Notes under the pieces: generated by a model
What the model was told of the DNA's origin: nothing
The model's input: the letters and a program-made list of their open reading frames with translations, nothing else
Database searches by the model: none
Program-made: the position numbers and the translations under genes
Shown here: in pieces, positions 26,801 through 36,467 of the stretch
How positions within the stretch are numbered: the stretch's first letter is position 1
Layout of the letters: every line of letters starts with the position of its first letter
Source of the DNA: a virus
Direction: 5' to 3' (one strand)
IMG/VR virus record: IMGVR_UViG_3300025276_000021
DNA length: 64,000 bases

Positions 26801-28636
26801 ACCCGCTGTAGCCCAAGACATATTTCTATTCGGCGTTGGTGTTTCGGATGCTTCAGAATATATAATTTTTTCGTCTGGTTGGAATGCATTATATACTAAG
26901 GAATAGTTCATTACTGTATGTTTATGATATGAAGTCCAGCCAGGAGGTTCGTTAAAAGTATATGTGTATGGTCCTGCTGAATCGTCTCTTCCCAAGTCTA
27001 CAGTACTTCTAAATAGAGTTAATGTTTTTTCTTCAGTCGCGGTTTTAACTAACCCTACAAGAATACCTATGGCACCAGCTTGAGGCACAGTTTCGCTTGC
27101 TGCCGACATTGTTACTTGTAAGTTATATTTTGAAACTGGTTCAGGAGAGTAATATCCTTGAATCTCGTTTCTAGGATTGAATATACTTGATCCAACATTA
27201 CCACTAATTGTCGCGCCCGAAAAGTTAATATCTTGACCAGTTATACTGTCAAATTCGTATCCTCTATTAATATTTGTCACACCCGGCACGCGAGACTTGG
27301 TGGAGAAGATAACATTGATAGAATCAAACTCTAATTGATCTATGCGAGTTTTACCTGGAAAGATGCCTATGCTATCTTCGTGACGATATATCTTAAATTT
27401 TTCCCACTCACTCTTTGATGAATCTGTGTCTGATAGTCCAGTAGGAAAATCATTCAAAAGTCTAGTAACTTCATCACTGTCATATGCGAATCTTGCTATG
27501 ACAAAAGGATAATCCCAGACATATGCACTATCGTATTTACTATATGATAGTAATTGACCGGGCAATCCTTTGCCATGATGCATACCTGAGTCTACATTCT
27601 CTGATCCAATATTTTTTGCCAGAGGCGGATTAAATTCCCATTCATCTTTAATTTCATCATATTTTAAAGACGCAATTTTTTTATCCTTGCCAGTCAAATC
27701 TTCTTTTATATAATAAAGACCTCCAAAATTATCTTCTGCAAGTGCTTTAATATCAGAAAACCAATCATTGCGGTCATATATACCAGCATCAAGCATATAT
27801 CTTCCAGCACGAACAGAGCTGTCCATGTAAACGCTGCCGCCGTTAGTTTTATTTATTTGTGCTGTCGTAATGACTCCATCTCTTGCAGTCAAATTTACTG
27901 TGACGATATCCACAGCGTTCACGTTATTTATTGTAGCAGAATCACTTATCAGTGAAAATGCTTCACCTATAGTTGAATATGAGTATAAAGATCGTATGCT
28001 ATCAGAATAGAGGAATCTCATTCTGGAACTGTCTGCGCGTAAACCAATAAAATGTGCGCTATCAGCTTCTATTCTACCAAAAACACCAAGATCTGCTCTT
28101 ATACTATCTGCTTCTATTCCGGTAAAAACACCTAGACCAGGCGGAAAAACTGTACCTGAAATAGATGAATCTCCGATAGCTATACCATCAGCGCCCCCAC
28201 CTAATCCTGTATTTATGTCAAAAAGAGGATCATCTATAATGTCTAGTAGTGCGACATTAAAAAATATATTAGTGTAAGTCGTTTCTTCCGACCACAGATA
28301 GCCGTCTCGGGCTTCATTATCTACTGCAGAAAAAGTATCTATTGCAAATACGCTATTCAGAGGAGATATTGGTATTCCGATTAAATAAAATGATGAAACG
28401 TCGGAGCCATATCCATTTTCAGGATGAGTAAATGCTAAGTTTACGCCTCCTGTTTGTCTTGGTTTCCAGACTGTAGGTCTTTTCGAACCTGACGCTTTAT
28501 TAAATAACGGATCAAGTACAACGCCCACGAAAACAGCAGTTGTTCCATGAGGCAATTTTATTTCAGTGTCGTTTCTTAATTCCGTTCTGCCTTCTATACC
28601 GCTAGGTTGTGCAGCCCACTTAATAATATCCGCCAT
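23858..28636 (-). CDS. tail fibre with C-terminal intramolecular chaperone (peptidase S74)
   Basis: SSDSRLKENI...GYTFNW...GVIAQEV...VYYEKLIPLLIESIKEL; GNLTVNGTTTTVNST shaft motif. Confidence 0.8.
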   Translation of the reverse strand: MADIIKWAAQPSGIEGRTELRNDTEIKLPHGTTAVFVGVVLDPLFNKASGSKRPTVWKPRQTGGVNLAFTHPENGYGSDVSSFYLIGIPISPLNSVFAIDTFSAVDNEARDGYLWSEETTYTNIFFNVALLDIIDDPLFDINTGLGGGADGIAIGDSSISGTVFPPGLGVFTGIEADSIRADLGVFGRIEADSAHFIGLRADSSRMRFLYSDSIRSLYSYSTIGEAFSLISDSATINNVNAVDIVTVNLTARDGVITTAQINKTNGGSVYMDSSVRAGRYMLDAGIYDRNDWFSDIKALAEDNFGGLYYIKEDLTGKDKKIASLKYDEIKDEWEFNPPLAKNIGSENVDSGMHHGKGLPGQLLSYSKYDSAYVWDYPFVIARFAYDSDEVTRLLNDFPTGLSDTDSSKSEWEKFKIYRHEDSIGIFPGKTRIDQLEFDSINVIFSTKSRVPGVTNINRGYEFDSITGQDINFSGATISGNVGSSIFNPRNEIQGYYSPEPVSKYNLQVTMSAASETVPQAGAIGILVGLVKTATEEKTLTLFRSTVDLGRDDSAGPYTYTFNEPPGWTSYHKHTVMNYSLVYNAFQPDEKIIYSEASETPTPNRNMSWATAGSTTVKIEKNENGLKIDTTPFGSSTFITNQINIDLNQTDYRSGVDLSIFAQDVHWGFAFHNINQGLISNIKFSTLDTGKFNWDETTVVDLKKRDTYLFYDSDKAAKYGETVGYKKVNTDSEGNDILGGDLATGRFYHNPETKKTWYQDPWRTILVGQILQDDENPALLIPEGKVDIRATGVTGDVRYFIFNGRSLDRIRKSGPLDPDSLFYEHAADFVGLTFTKLSKFGIIEDVVNLGPSAYGGLAALISAMIDGEMGVIHSGGVWSPSSIPAGFEAACLSVNLARLASTPSTSDAHYVSGLSYAGIFQVGGASYEAAAQPPSVANSLDNHVDLVVQFLSNTFIVQDTQQSPSALTNWQGDIAARITNKGHLLTDTVELTGQILGPSNLIIDPATHGDSTGLVTIKGNLTVNGTTTTVNSTEVTIADKNIILASGATDAASADGAGIDIDGPPAYIRWMNDSGGIWTFSHPFATVPNALGHYTTDEIQEGDINEYHTNERVRELFSAANTGTGTYAQLAYTEASGTYTLNVDALETAELPELDITTVNTGTGTYAQLLAYDAATGTITLNVDELVAAEIPQIPAAKIDSAAGPLAPALMPVVPESAITEHAEAITAAQNSDGSYSNFTIVEDNPTNEGSLAYAEATGQFNISFPHSFSRFWIKSYDAANSPYDQEIFSTSDPASGSGRDGFYWNGGTGIRLMPTMSADWAEDSVSVTLYAWLDSLQDVTITNPQQYDILEYNGDSWTNVAPPPPLTIGPNAVADSVDAALFYDSATGILQFKPSFFIGQIVGADASSTTLNADKQNITFASSNAALSITALNQTVTFDIDDDALGGGTTYTAVANKGITVDATNETLAMSGNYTGDFTVAGEIRATGNIIAAHSSDSRLKENIEKINNSLDKISSLSGYTFNWNEKAEGRNTDLKDVGVIAQEVEAVMPEIVIDRIDGYKAVYYEKLIPLLIESIKELKGRIEKLENEENK

Positions 28637-28639
28637 ATT

Positions 28640-30178
28640 TTATCGCCGATCGTCGTTATCTTCTGCCCTCGGATCATCAATATCGCCCGCTTTTATTTCA
28701 GCAGCAATTTCATTTTTCATGTCTTTAACATCCTTATCATCATATCTCAAAACATTTTTAAGAACCCAAGCTTTAGAGAAATAATCTCCGACATACTGCG
28801 TCATTTGATCTAGTGTTTGTAATCTTTCGCGTAGTACCTCAGACTCTTTTAGTTCTGCAAAGTAATTATCTCTTGCATAATCTACGCTAATATGCGTTTT
28901 CCATTCTTCCCAATCTGCATCTGTGCAAATTTTTTTTAATATGAGTTGTTTTCTCAATACGTTTAAGAAAATCATTCCAAATTTCTTACGCAGTCTGTCG
29001 ATGAATTTTTGAAATTTAATTTCTTCGCGGCTCACTTCATTTCCACGACCTAGAGAAAACTGTGCCTCTTGCTCAAGTCTATTCATGGGCACGTTTAATG
29101 CTCTGTAAACTCTTTTTTGAAAATAAATAATGTCATCAATCTGACCAAGATTGTCGCCGCCAGGAAGTGTTGTGACTTCAGTTCCTCTGCCACCTTCACG
29201 TCTAGGTAACCAAAAATCTTCTAGCATTGACATGTGTTTTCTATCATCGCGCATTTCGCCAGTGCTTGCGTCATATACAAGTTTATTTCTATACTTAGAC
29301 ATAATATTTCGCATGTATTCTTCGGCTTTACCTTTGGGTAGGTTGCCCACATCGACATAAAAAATTCTACGCTCGGGCGCACGACTCAATCTATAAATTA
29401 CCAGAGAGTCTTCCATCATTCTTAATTGATTAACAGGCTTGATACATTTATGTAAATGAGATACAACTTTTTTTCTAGTCTCATCTAGCAAACCACTTGT
29501 CACATAATTAATAGAATCTGCTGTAAATTTTATGCCTTTATTATGTGTTTGACCAAAAGATTTTGTTCCATTTTTGTCGTGATATACATAATATTCGTTT
29601 ATAGACTCGATAATATCTGCATTTGTGACTGGATCTTTTTTAGTCTTAACTTCTTTAACTTTTCTAATTTTTGTGGCATCAATGAAACGTACTTCCTGAA
29701 TACCTTGCTTTTCGTTCTTTTCGTCAACTAAAACATGATGATAAATTCTACCGTCGATATACCACCTCTTAAACAAATCGTGCGCGTGTTCTGTAGCATC
29801 GAACATCGAAAGAACATTATTAAATTCTTCTTCCATAGATTTCTTGATATTATCTGGCGCTTCCACATTATCTAAGTTTAAGCTAAGTGCGTCCTCATCT
29901 CCGTTATTTACAATTGCTTCATTTACGATATCCTCAATAGCCATATCGACTTCGGGATGTACAGCAATGCCTCTATATTTGTTGATGAGAGCAAACATAT
30001 CTTTGGCATTATCGCCATCAATGTCAACATATTGTCCGAAATGACTGCCTGAAGCGGTAACATAACCTGCACCATCGTCACTCTGTGGAGCGACAACAGA
30101 TTTTAGTTTCTCTATATTATCTTCTTTTTTAGTTCTCTTTAATTCAAAACCAAAAAGTCTAATGCTATTATCAGCCAT
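28640..30178 (-). CDS. gp20: portal protein
   Basis: LRMMEDSLVIYRLSRAPERRIFYVDVGNLPKGKAEEY, EDFWLPRREGGRGTE. Confidence 0.99.
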   Translation of the reverse strand: MADNSIRLFGFELKRTKKEDNIEKLKSVVAPQSDDGAGYVTASGSHFGQYVDIDGDNAKDMFALINKYRGIAVHPEVDMAIEDIVNEAIVNNGDEDALSLNLDNVEAPDNIKKSMEEEFNNVLSMFDATEHAHDLFKRWYIDGRIYHHVLVDEKNEKQGIQEVRFIDATKIRKVKEVKTKKDPVTNADIIESINEYYVYHDKNGTKSFGQTHNKGIKFTADSINYVTSGLLDETRKKVVSHLHKCIKPVNQLRMMEDSLVIYRLSRAPERRIFYVDVGNLPKGKAEEYMRNIMSKYRNKLVYDASTGEMRDDRKHMSMLEDFWLPRREGGRGTEVTTLPGGDNLGQIDDIIYFQKRVYRALNVPMNRLEQEAQFSLGRGNEVSREEIKFQKFIDRLRKKFGMIFLNVLRKQLILKKICTDADWEEWKTHISVDYARDNYFAELKESEVLRERLQTLDQMTQYVGDYFSKAWVLKNVLRYDDKDVKDMKNEIAAEIKAGDIDDPRAEDNDDRR

Positions 30179-30210
30179 GTAATTTTCCTAATAGTTATAA
30201 TGTAATTATG

Positions 30211-30232
30211 GTGGGGAGACGAATCTCCCCAC
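30211..30232 (-). other. UUCG tetraloop hairpin between gp19 and gp20
   Basis: GTGGGGAGA-TTCG-TCTCCCCAC just downstream of a late promoter. Confidence 0.6.
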
Positions 30233-30241
30233 TATCACTCT

Positions 30242-30249
30242 TATTTATA
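30242..30249 (-). promoter_or_regulatory. T4-type late promoter
   Basis: TATAAATA upstream of gp20. Confidence 0.75.
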
Positions 30250-30254
30250 CAACT

Positions 30255-30782
30255 TTATGAGGTCGTATTACTTTCCCAATACTGTATCTGGAATTCACAA
30301 GTAAATTCTTCGATTGCAGCGGCTTCGTCATATGACAACTCAATAGTCGAAATATTAGTTGGAAAACATCCACGAAAGACATACCGCTTTAGTACACTCT
30401 CATCTTTGTCTAATTGATCAACTAACAAGTCTGCCTGATATGCTGTCGGATCAGTTACGCCAGTATTTGTTGAATGTGCATTCATACCATTCATCCAGCG
30501 TTCTAACGCATTTCTTGTACCAAAATCTGTGTCATTATAGATCGTTACCTGCCAGGGCTGGAATGTACGATCACCCGCAATTTGCAGAGTTCTGCCACGA
30601 AATGGTACTGGAACTGTCGAGATTTCCGATGCTGGAAGCGCGGCTCCTTTACACATGAATGATGTTAATTCAACGTCACCCGCAGCATAACCTGGAAAGT
30701 TAATTGTTGCTTTAAAGAGATTTGAGCGGGCGCCCCCACCTCTTAGTTTTGCTTTGAAATCGTCTACACCTAAGATAGCCAT
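30255..30782 (-). CDS. gp19: tail tube protein
   Basis: GGGARSNLF, FRGRTLQIAGDRTF..W.VTIYND. Confidence 0.96.
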   Translation of the reverse strand: MAILGVDDFKAKLRGGGARSNLFKATINFPGYAAGDVELTSFMCKGAALPASEISTVPVPFRGRTLQIAGDRTFQPWQVTIYNDTDFGTRNALERWMNGMNAHSTNTGVTDPTAYQADLLVDQLDKDESVLKRYVFRGCFPTNISTIELSYDEAAAIEEFTCEFQIQYWESNTTS

Positions 30783-30801
30783 TTTTTTCTCCTATACTTT
30801 C

Positions 30802-32547
30802 TTATACAGTGCCAACAACTTCTTCAAACGAAACACCGGTGCGTACTGCAACAAAGTTAAGTGTGATGAAATTGATTGATCTTGCTGGTTTAATGAATAG
30901 GCTAGCTACAAATTGATTTGTGTCTACAACCAACGGTGTGTTGTTTGTTTCATCGCAAACCATTTTGAAATCTGTGATACCACGTCTACCCTTCACGTCT
31001 CGGAGAAGTGGTTCGATGATATTCACAAATTCTGCTCTGGTAAATTCATCGTTAAATTCAAACAGAATGTTTTGTGCTGCCGCTGAAATTGCTCTTTCAA
31101 GTACAAGAAACAATCTACGAACATTGATTCGATCAAATGCTGATGGTCTTGCAAGGTGAGTTTTATCACCATATAACAAGATGCCTTGACCTGGGATGTT
31201 TGCAATAGGATTGATCCCAGCTTGATATAGCTGATCTCTTTCAGATTTGTTTGGAGAATATGCCAAACTTGTGACGCCAAAATATTGACCTCTACGTGTT
31301 CCTGCAGGTGAGAACCAAGGTGCAAAGTTGTTATCTGTTGCTGCCATGAGTCCAGCAGTTGATGAAGCCGCAGGAATATTGATATAGTTATCATTATACT
31401 TATCATAGACTTTCAAGAATTGATTGTCTACAGCAAGATATGAACTGCGCGTGAATCCTGCAACGGCTGTGAGTGTTGTTGCAACAGGAGTTGCAGCTCC
31501 AAGTACAGCACTTCTATTTGGTGAAGTAACAACCATACAATCTTTTCTGATACTTTGTGCAATTCCTACAAGATCATTAACAATAGTAGTTTGATCTGTC
31601 GAATTTGCAACGCTAGGAGCAATTAAGAAGTCGATTGCTAATGCGTTTGGATCTTCAAACTTATCAAATCCAGTACCATAGTCTGATGCTGTAAGTAATG
31701 CTGAGTTTGCGCCGCCAGTAAGAGCTAAATCTACATCGGCTGTGAAACCAGCTGTATAGTTGCTGCTTGTTGTGGCTGCGGTGCCTGCGTTGGTACCGTA
31801 TTTCCCGTTAAAGCCTGCAAGCCAAACGTAATTAGACTGCGTGTTAATTACGTTTTTAATGTAGCTTGACGTACCGTCTGAAGTTTTTGCGCCAAGTGCC
31901 ATAGAAACGAATGGGAAAGTTTCGAGTATTGTTCCTTGCGTACCCGTAATTTTGCCACCCTTATCAATAACGACAACGTGTGCCTCATCTTTGATAGTAC
32001 TGTTGGATTGAGTAGCATTTGCTGAATCAATTCCAACACACCAAGACGATGTTTCTGGCTGAGCGTCAAAATTTGCTTTATATGGCCAATTTGCATAATC
32101 AGTATCGCCGGCGCCTACGACAGAAATCATCAAAGAATTTCCTAGTTCGCCTGGATATTTTGCGATAAATGTATGAGAATCAGTAGACTCTAAAGTCGAA
32201 ACTTGACCGTCAAAATTGTCTGTATTTGTTACTAGTGGTGCGTGATCTGCATCTGAATCACATGCGTTCAATGCAGTACTTGTATACTCCCGAACAATGT
32301 AAAGATCGTCGGAATATCTTAGATAATATGCTGCTGAGTGAAAGTCTACTGTATTTATGGTATCTGGTGAGCCAAATACGTTTGCCAGTTTCGCTTCATT
32401 ATTTATGAGAGTCGGTTCGTCGCAAGGACCCCAATTAAAGTTGCCAACAAATGCACCTGTAGATGTAGGTACATTGGCAACGCCATTAGTAAGGTCTATT
32501 TCTTTTACAACTACAGCAGGAGACTCTGATGGTGAGAATAACGCCAT
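30802..32547 (-). CDS. gp18: tail sheath protein
   Basis: SPAVVVKEIDLT, PWFSPAG, FDRINVRRLF, IKPARSINFI; probable start MALFS at 32547. Confidence 0.97.
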   Translation of the reverse strand: MALFSPSESPAVVVKEIDLTNGVANVPTSTGAFVGNFNWGPCDEPTLINNEAKLANVFGSPDTINTVDFHSAAYYLRYSDDLYIVREYTSTALNACDSDADHAPLVTNTDNFDGQVSTLESTDSHTFIAKYPGELGNSLMISVVGAGDTDYANWPYKANFDAQPETSSWCVGIDSANATQSNSTIKDEAHVVVIDKGGKITGTQGTILETFPFVSMALGAKTSDGTSSYIKNVINTQSNYVWLAGFNGKYGTNAGTAATTSSNYTAGFTADVDLALTGGANSALLTASDYGTGFDKFEDPNALAIDFLIAPSVANSTDQTTIVNDLVGIAQSIRKDCMVVTSPNRSAVLGAATPVATTLTAVAGFTRSSYLAVDNQFLKVYDKYNDNYINIPAASSTAGLMAATDNNFAPWFSPAGTRRGQYFGVTSLAYSPNKSERDQLYQAGINPIANIPGQGILLYGDKTHLARPSAFDRINVRRLFLVLERAISAAAQNILFEFNDEFTRAEFVNIIEPLLRDVKGRRGITDFKMVCDETNNTPLVVDTNQFVASLFIKPARSINFITLNFVAVRTGVSFEEVVGTV

Positions 32548-32611
32548 GTCTATTTCCTTTTCCAAGTATAGAATTATAAGTTTTCATAATACGATTATGT
32601 TCAATTACTGT

Positions 32612-32619
32612 TATTTATA
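32612..32619 (-). promoter_or_regulatory. T4-type late promoter
   Basis: TATAAATA upstream of gp18. Confidence 0.75.
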
Positions 32620-32630
32620 TAATATCTATT

Positions 32631-34250
32631 TTAGCGATAATCATGCCAAACTTCTGGTTGAATTACTCCCCAAGGATCATCTGGTTGCGCTAGTGGTTCA
32701 TCTCTACCATCGTCAATAAATCCGAACGGCAACATGTCGTTTTCAATTTCGTGCATTCTTTGTGAGAACATGAGGTCTTTAACATTTATATCACTCAATT
32801 CTTGAAAGTCTGATGTACCTGTATAGTATCCGAAAAGAACAAAATTCATCATTAAATCGTCGTGATTTCCGTTACTAGCCTCGAATGAATTGCCTCTGGC
32901 TTCAAATGTTGATATTTCTAAAATAGTTTCCTCATCATGTATTATTAGCTTGCCTGTTTCTAATAAATCTTTTATAGCAGAGCATCCTATACGTTTGACT
33001 TTTTTCGTCATATTGATGCCAATTTTGTCTGCATGTACTACAGACTCAACAAACATATTCTCATACTCTAAATCGTGGTATAGACCGTTACACACTACCT
33101 GACCTGCATCATTAGATTCGACCACGATTGTGGCTTCATTATATGTTGCTGCATATTTTACAATAATATTAGGAAACAATAAAGGAGATATTAAATTATT
33201 TCGATAAACTGCGACTTGCTCAATAGGCTCACCTTCTGTTACATCTATTATATTAAATGTTGAATAATCTTGACCTCTGCCACGAGCAACGTCTACCATA
33301 CAAACATAATTGTGGTTCTTTACAGGTTCTTTATACACTAAAACTGAGTCTCTGTCAATACGTCTTAAAGGTTCTTTTGCTTTTAATGCCAACAGACATT
33401 CAGCAGCTATCAGTGTATTTCCTGTACCCATAAAGGTATTGCCAAATTCTTGATCAAATTGTAGTTGTGAAGTATTAGCGATAGTTGAAGCTTTCCAAGC
33501 CTCATCACGTCCAGGAACATCATACCAATCAACACGAAATGGTTTATACTCGTTAGTGTTCTGCATTGCGCCTTCCCAAATTTTATGAAAGACGTTACCG
33601 ACACCATTAGCTGTTGAAGTAATAATAACCTTTGTAGATTCACCGCTAGACACAACAGGATATGTTGATGTATAGAATGTTGCTGCATTTTCTACAAATG
33701 CAAATTCGTCAAGATATAGTAAGTTTACTGACATACCACGAATAGATGATCCTGAAGTAGCCGCAGCCACAATCTTAGAATTATTGCTAAACTCTATAGA
33801 GCCTTTGTTTAATGCTTTACATCCAGGTTGAAGAAAGAATGGCAAGCCTTCTAACATGAGTGTGACCCTACCGATCATTTCTCTTGCTGTAGCGCCTTTG
33901 TTTGCCATGACTGCAATAGTTTGTTCGGAATGGAATAGAGCATACCAGAGTAAATATGCACATGATGATATAGATTTTCCTGACTGTCTACATGCCAAAA
34001 CGATTGAGAATCTATTCTCATTAAACGATTTAAACATTTCCTCTTGATATGCGTATAATTCAAATGGAACTAGACCGCGATCCAAAGATATAATTTTACA
34101 ATAGGTTTTGGCAAAATATGCAGGGTTGTGCATACATTTTGCGTACTCTTGTACATCAGCGTTTGTCCACTGCTGAATAACGCCATCTTTCTTTACTTGA
34201 GGATTACCAAGATAGCTTTCTTTTTCATTTAGTATCATCTGTAACATCAA
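32631..34250 (-). CDS. gp17: terminase large subunit
   Basis: YLGNP, RQSGKS, LYLDEFAF, TSTANG, HDDLMM; start may be 34238. Confidence 0.97.
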   Translation of the reverse strand: MMLQMILNEKESYLGNPQVKKDGVIQQWTNADVQEYAKCMHNPAYFAKTYCKIISLDRGLVPFELYAYQEEMFKSFNENRFSIVLACRQSGKSISSCAYLLWYALFHSEQTIAVMANKGATAREMIGRVTLMLEGLPFFLQPGCKALNKGSIEFSNNSKIVAAATSGSSIRGMSVNLLYLDEFAFVENAATFYTSTYPVVSSGESTKVIITSTANGVGNVFHKIWEGAMQNTNEYKPFRVDWYDVPGRDEAWKASTIANTSQLQFDQEFGNTFMGTGNTLIAAECLLALKAKEPLRRIDRDSVLVYKEPVKNHNYVCMVDVARGRGQDYSTFNIIDVTEGEPIEQVAVYRNNLISPLLFPNIIVKYAATYNEATIVVESNDAGQVVCNGLYHDLEYENMFVESVVHADKIGINMTKKVKRIGCSAIKDLLETGKLIIHDEETILEISTFEARGNSFEASNGNHDDLMMNFVLFGYYTGTSDFQELSDINVKDLMFSQRMHEIENDMLPFGFIDDGRDEPLAQPDDPWGVIQPEVWHDYR

Positions 34251-34581
34251 TCATATTATCATTTTTATCTATATCTAAAAGCATCCTTTGTAGTTCAACA
34301 GTAGAGCCTACAAACAAATTATTTGTAGTGCTACCTTCAATTTGTTTATGTTTATTTGCTTGAGAAAGTTCCAACCTTTTTTTGTGAAGATCCAACAATT
34401 TATCGTTAGTATCTGAAACTGTTTTGATGAGACCCGCGACCACCTCAAATGCTCTTGGATGCTCTAAAGCACTAGCAATAGAAGTCATTTCATCTAAAGC
34501 ATTTTGCCCTTTATTAATCAAATCATAATATGTCTGTCGCGTAAACTCTATATCGTTTATTGCATTATCTGAATCGTTCAT
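34225..34581 (-). CDS. gp16: terminase small subunit
   Basis: HPRAFEV, NNLFVGSTVELQRML. Confidence 0.92.
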   Translation of the reverse strand: MNDSDNAINDIEFTRQTYYDLINKGQNALDEMTSIASALEHPRAFEVVAGLIKTVSDTNDKLLDLHKKRLELSQANKHKQIEGSTTNNLFVGSTVELQRMLLDIDKNDNMIDVTDDTK

Positions 34582-34590
34582 TATATTTCC

Positions 34591-35376
34591 TTATGCGGAA
34601 TCAAAAGTTTCATTAGTAATTATCGAAAATCCGAAATCGCTATCTCCTAGAGGTGGCGTGAGACCTAGTGGATTAGGCTCTATCACATATTGCGCGAACT
34701 GCGGATCACTAGAATCTCCCAAAATTTGACTGTGTACGTCCGTAATTGTTTTTCTTATAACATTTCCAGACGTTATAGGTCCATAGAAGTTTGCTAACAT
34801 CGTAAAGTCTAAAGTATATATTATAGTTCTTCTTTGTTCAAGAGATCCTTCAAAATCATCCGAAAACGTAACGCCGTTTAAAGTGATAGGAATATCTTCC
34901 CTAATATCAGACGCTAGGGTAGCAAAAGGCTTCATAGTAATTGTATAATGCGGATTAAAATAAGGTATTATTTGCTCTACCATTTGTAGAGCATCGTCTT
35001 GTGTTTTAGCGTAAATATTTAATTGAAAGATAATATCGTACGGTGCGGGACTATAGAATTTATTTTTCTGTGTAGTTGAAAGCGTTTTATTAAACGTATT
35101 CATCTTAGGTAGCTTTCGTTCCGAATTATACGTCATGCCAACAATTTCAAACGACATTCTAGGAAGCTTTATTGCAACTTTTGTGTCAGTATCTAAATCT
35201 GGATTTTCTCTAATTCTGTCAAGATATTTAGCCTTAGGTGCATACGACAGAGGAACTTTGACCTGACTTCTTACCCTTCCTGAAGAATCTTTTCTCAAAA
35301 CATAGATGTTATTAAACATTGTTCCAAATATTGCAACAGATTTTCTAATTCTCTCGTGGTAAAAATACGTTAACAT
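34591..35376 (-). CDS. gp15: tail sheath stabiliser/terminator
   Basis: YFYHERIRK...FG.MFN, VPLSYAPK, LPRMSFE, EQIIPYFNP. Confidence 0.93.
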   Translation of the reverse strand: MLTYFYHERIRKSVAIFGTMFNNIYVLRKDSSGRVRSQVKVPLSYAPKAKYLDRIRENPDLDTDTKVAIKLPRMSFEIVGMTYNSERKLPKMNTFNKTLSTTQKNKFYSPAPYDIIFQLNIYAKTQDDALQMVEQIIPYFNPHYTITMKPFATLASDIREDIPITLNGVTFSDDFEGSLEQRRTIIYTLDFTMLANFYGPITSGNVIRKTITDVHSQILGDSSDPQFAQYVIEPNPLGLTPPLGDSDFGFSIITNETFDSA

Positions 35377-36467
35377 TATGTGTCTCCTGGATCGCCAAAG
35401 GGATTAGTCTCGGAGAAGTCTAGAAAATCAAGCAAAACATTAGAAGCTGTAGCATCGAATATATCATTTTGCGAGTTTATTTGAATTTTATTATTATCCG
35501 TAACTGTTGCTATTCCGACATAAGAACCTTCTGCTCCTATAATATCAGAGTCCCCAGATGCAACGAGAGAATGATATTTACCATCATCCGCACCTACATG
35601 AATTAGCGACATTGTAGCATTCGTCTTACTATATGCGGATACTTCGCCTCTTAGTGTAGTACTGCCAACAGAGTGCCTTATCTTTTCTCCTATATTAAAA
35701 TTTAATTGAGTCAATGCTTTAGGTTCTGCAATAGTCACTAGAGGAGGGTTAATCGAATCGTAATACTTACCTTTATGTATTAACTCTAATCTTAACAATC
35801 TCTTATTATCAAAATCAAATATTGCCTGAGCCCGCGCTCTAAAAAGTTGATTTGTGCCAGTCGCAGAGTCTATTGTTATATTCGGAATACCTGTGTAAAA
35901 ATCACCAGAATCTAAAATACTTACAGAAAATATGCTATTATTGCTATCTTCGCTTTTCATTATAACCGCTGCTTGCGCTCTAAAATCATTAGGAGTTCCG
36001 GTTGGTGAAGCTATAGTTACTGTCGGAGCACTAGTGTAACCCGCACCAGCATCACTCAATGTTAATGTCGAGACTCTATTATTTTCTATAGTTGCTGTTG
36101 CTGTTGCTAAAGTTCCGGGTAAAGAGTCAGGATCGGAAAACGTCACAGTAGGCACACTGTTATAGAATTTTCCGGAATCGTCTATTGCTACCGAATACAC
36201 GTTCTTATTTAAATTATCCCACACCAAAGACGCGATAGCATTTTTGTTGCTAGAATCCGAAGGTATATCTATAGTAACTTGAGGTTGAGTTATATAATAA
36301 CTGCCTGAATTTGTTACTACTGCACCACTAACCTTTCCCAGTCCGTCCACTGCAGCGGTTGCTGTTGCAAGTATTGGAGTGCCTTGTGGTAGAGATATAA
36401 TAACAGAAGGCGCACTATCATATCTACTGCCTGTGTTAGTCAAATTTAATGAAATAATACTACTCAT
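35376..36467 (-). CDS. C-terminal part of a split gp14-type neck protein (ATATA..G.GY..P.V.I repeats)
   Basis: Repeat modules; ends LDFSETNPFG like marine gp14 C-termini. Confidence 0.65.
   Translation of the reverse strand: MSSIISLNLTNTGSRYDSAPSVIISLPQGTPILATATAAVDGLGKVSGAVVTNSGSYYITQPQVTIDIPSDSSNKNAIASLVWDNLNKNVYSVAIDDSGKFYNSVPTVTFSDPDSLPGTLATATATIENNRVSTLTLSDAGAGYTSAPTVTIASPTGTPNDFRAQAAVIMKSEDSNNSIFSVSILDSGDFYTGIPNITIDSATGTNQLFRARAQAIFDFDNKRLLRLELIHKGKYYDSINPPLVTIAEPKALTQLNFNIGEKIRHSVGSTTLRGEVSAYSKTNATMSLIHVGADDGKYHSLVASGDSDIIGAEGSYVGIATVTDNNKIQINSQNDIFDATASNVLLDFLDFSETNPFGDPGDT

Noticed and set aside
10860-34250. Inteins or introns in gp46, uvsW, gp17, gp20 or gp23
   Set aside because: All are of normal length and uninterrupted.
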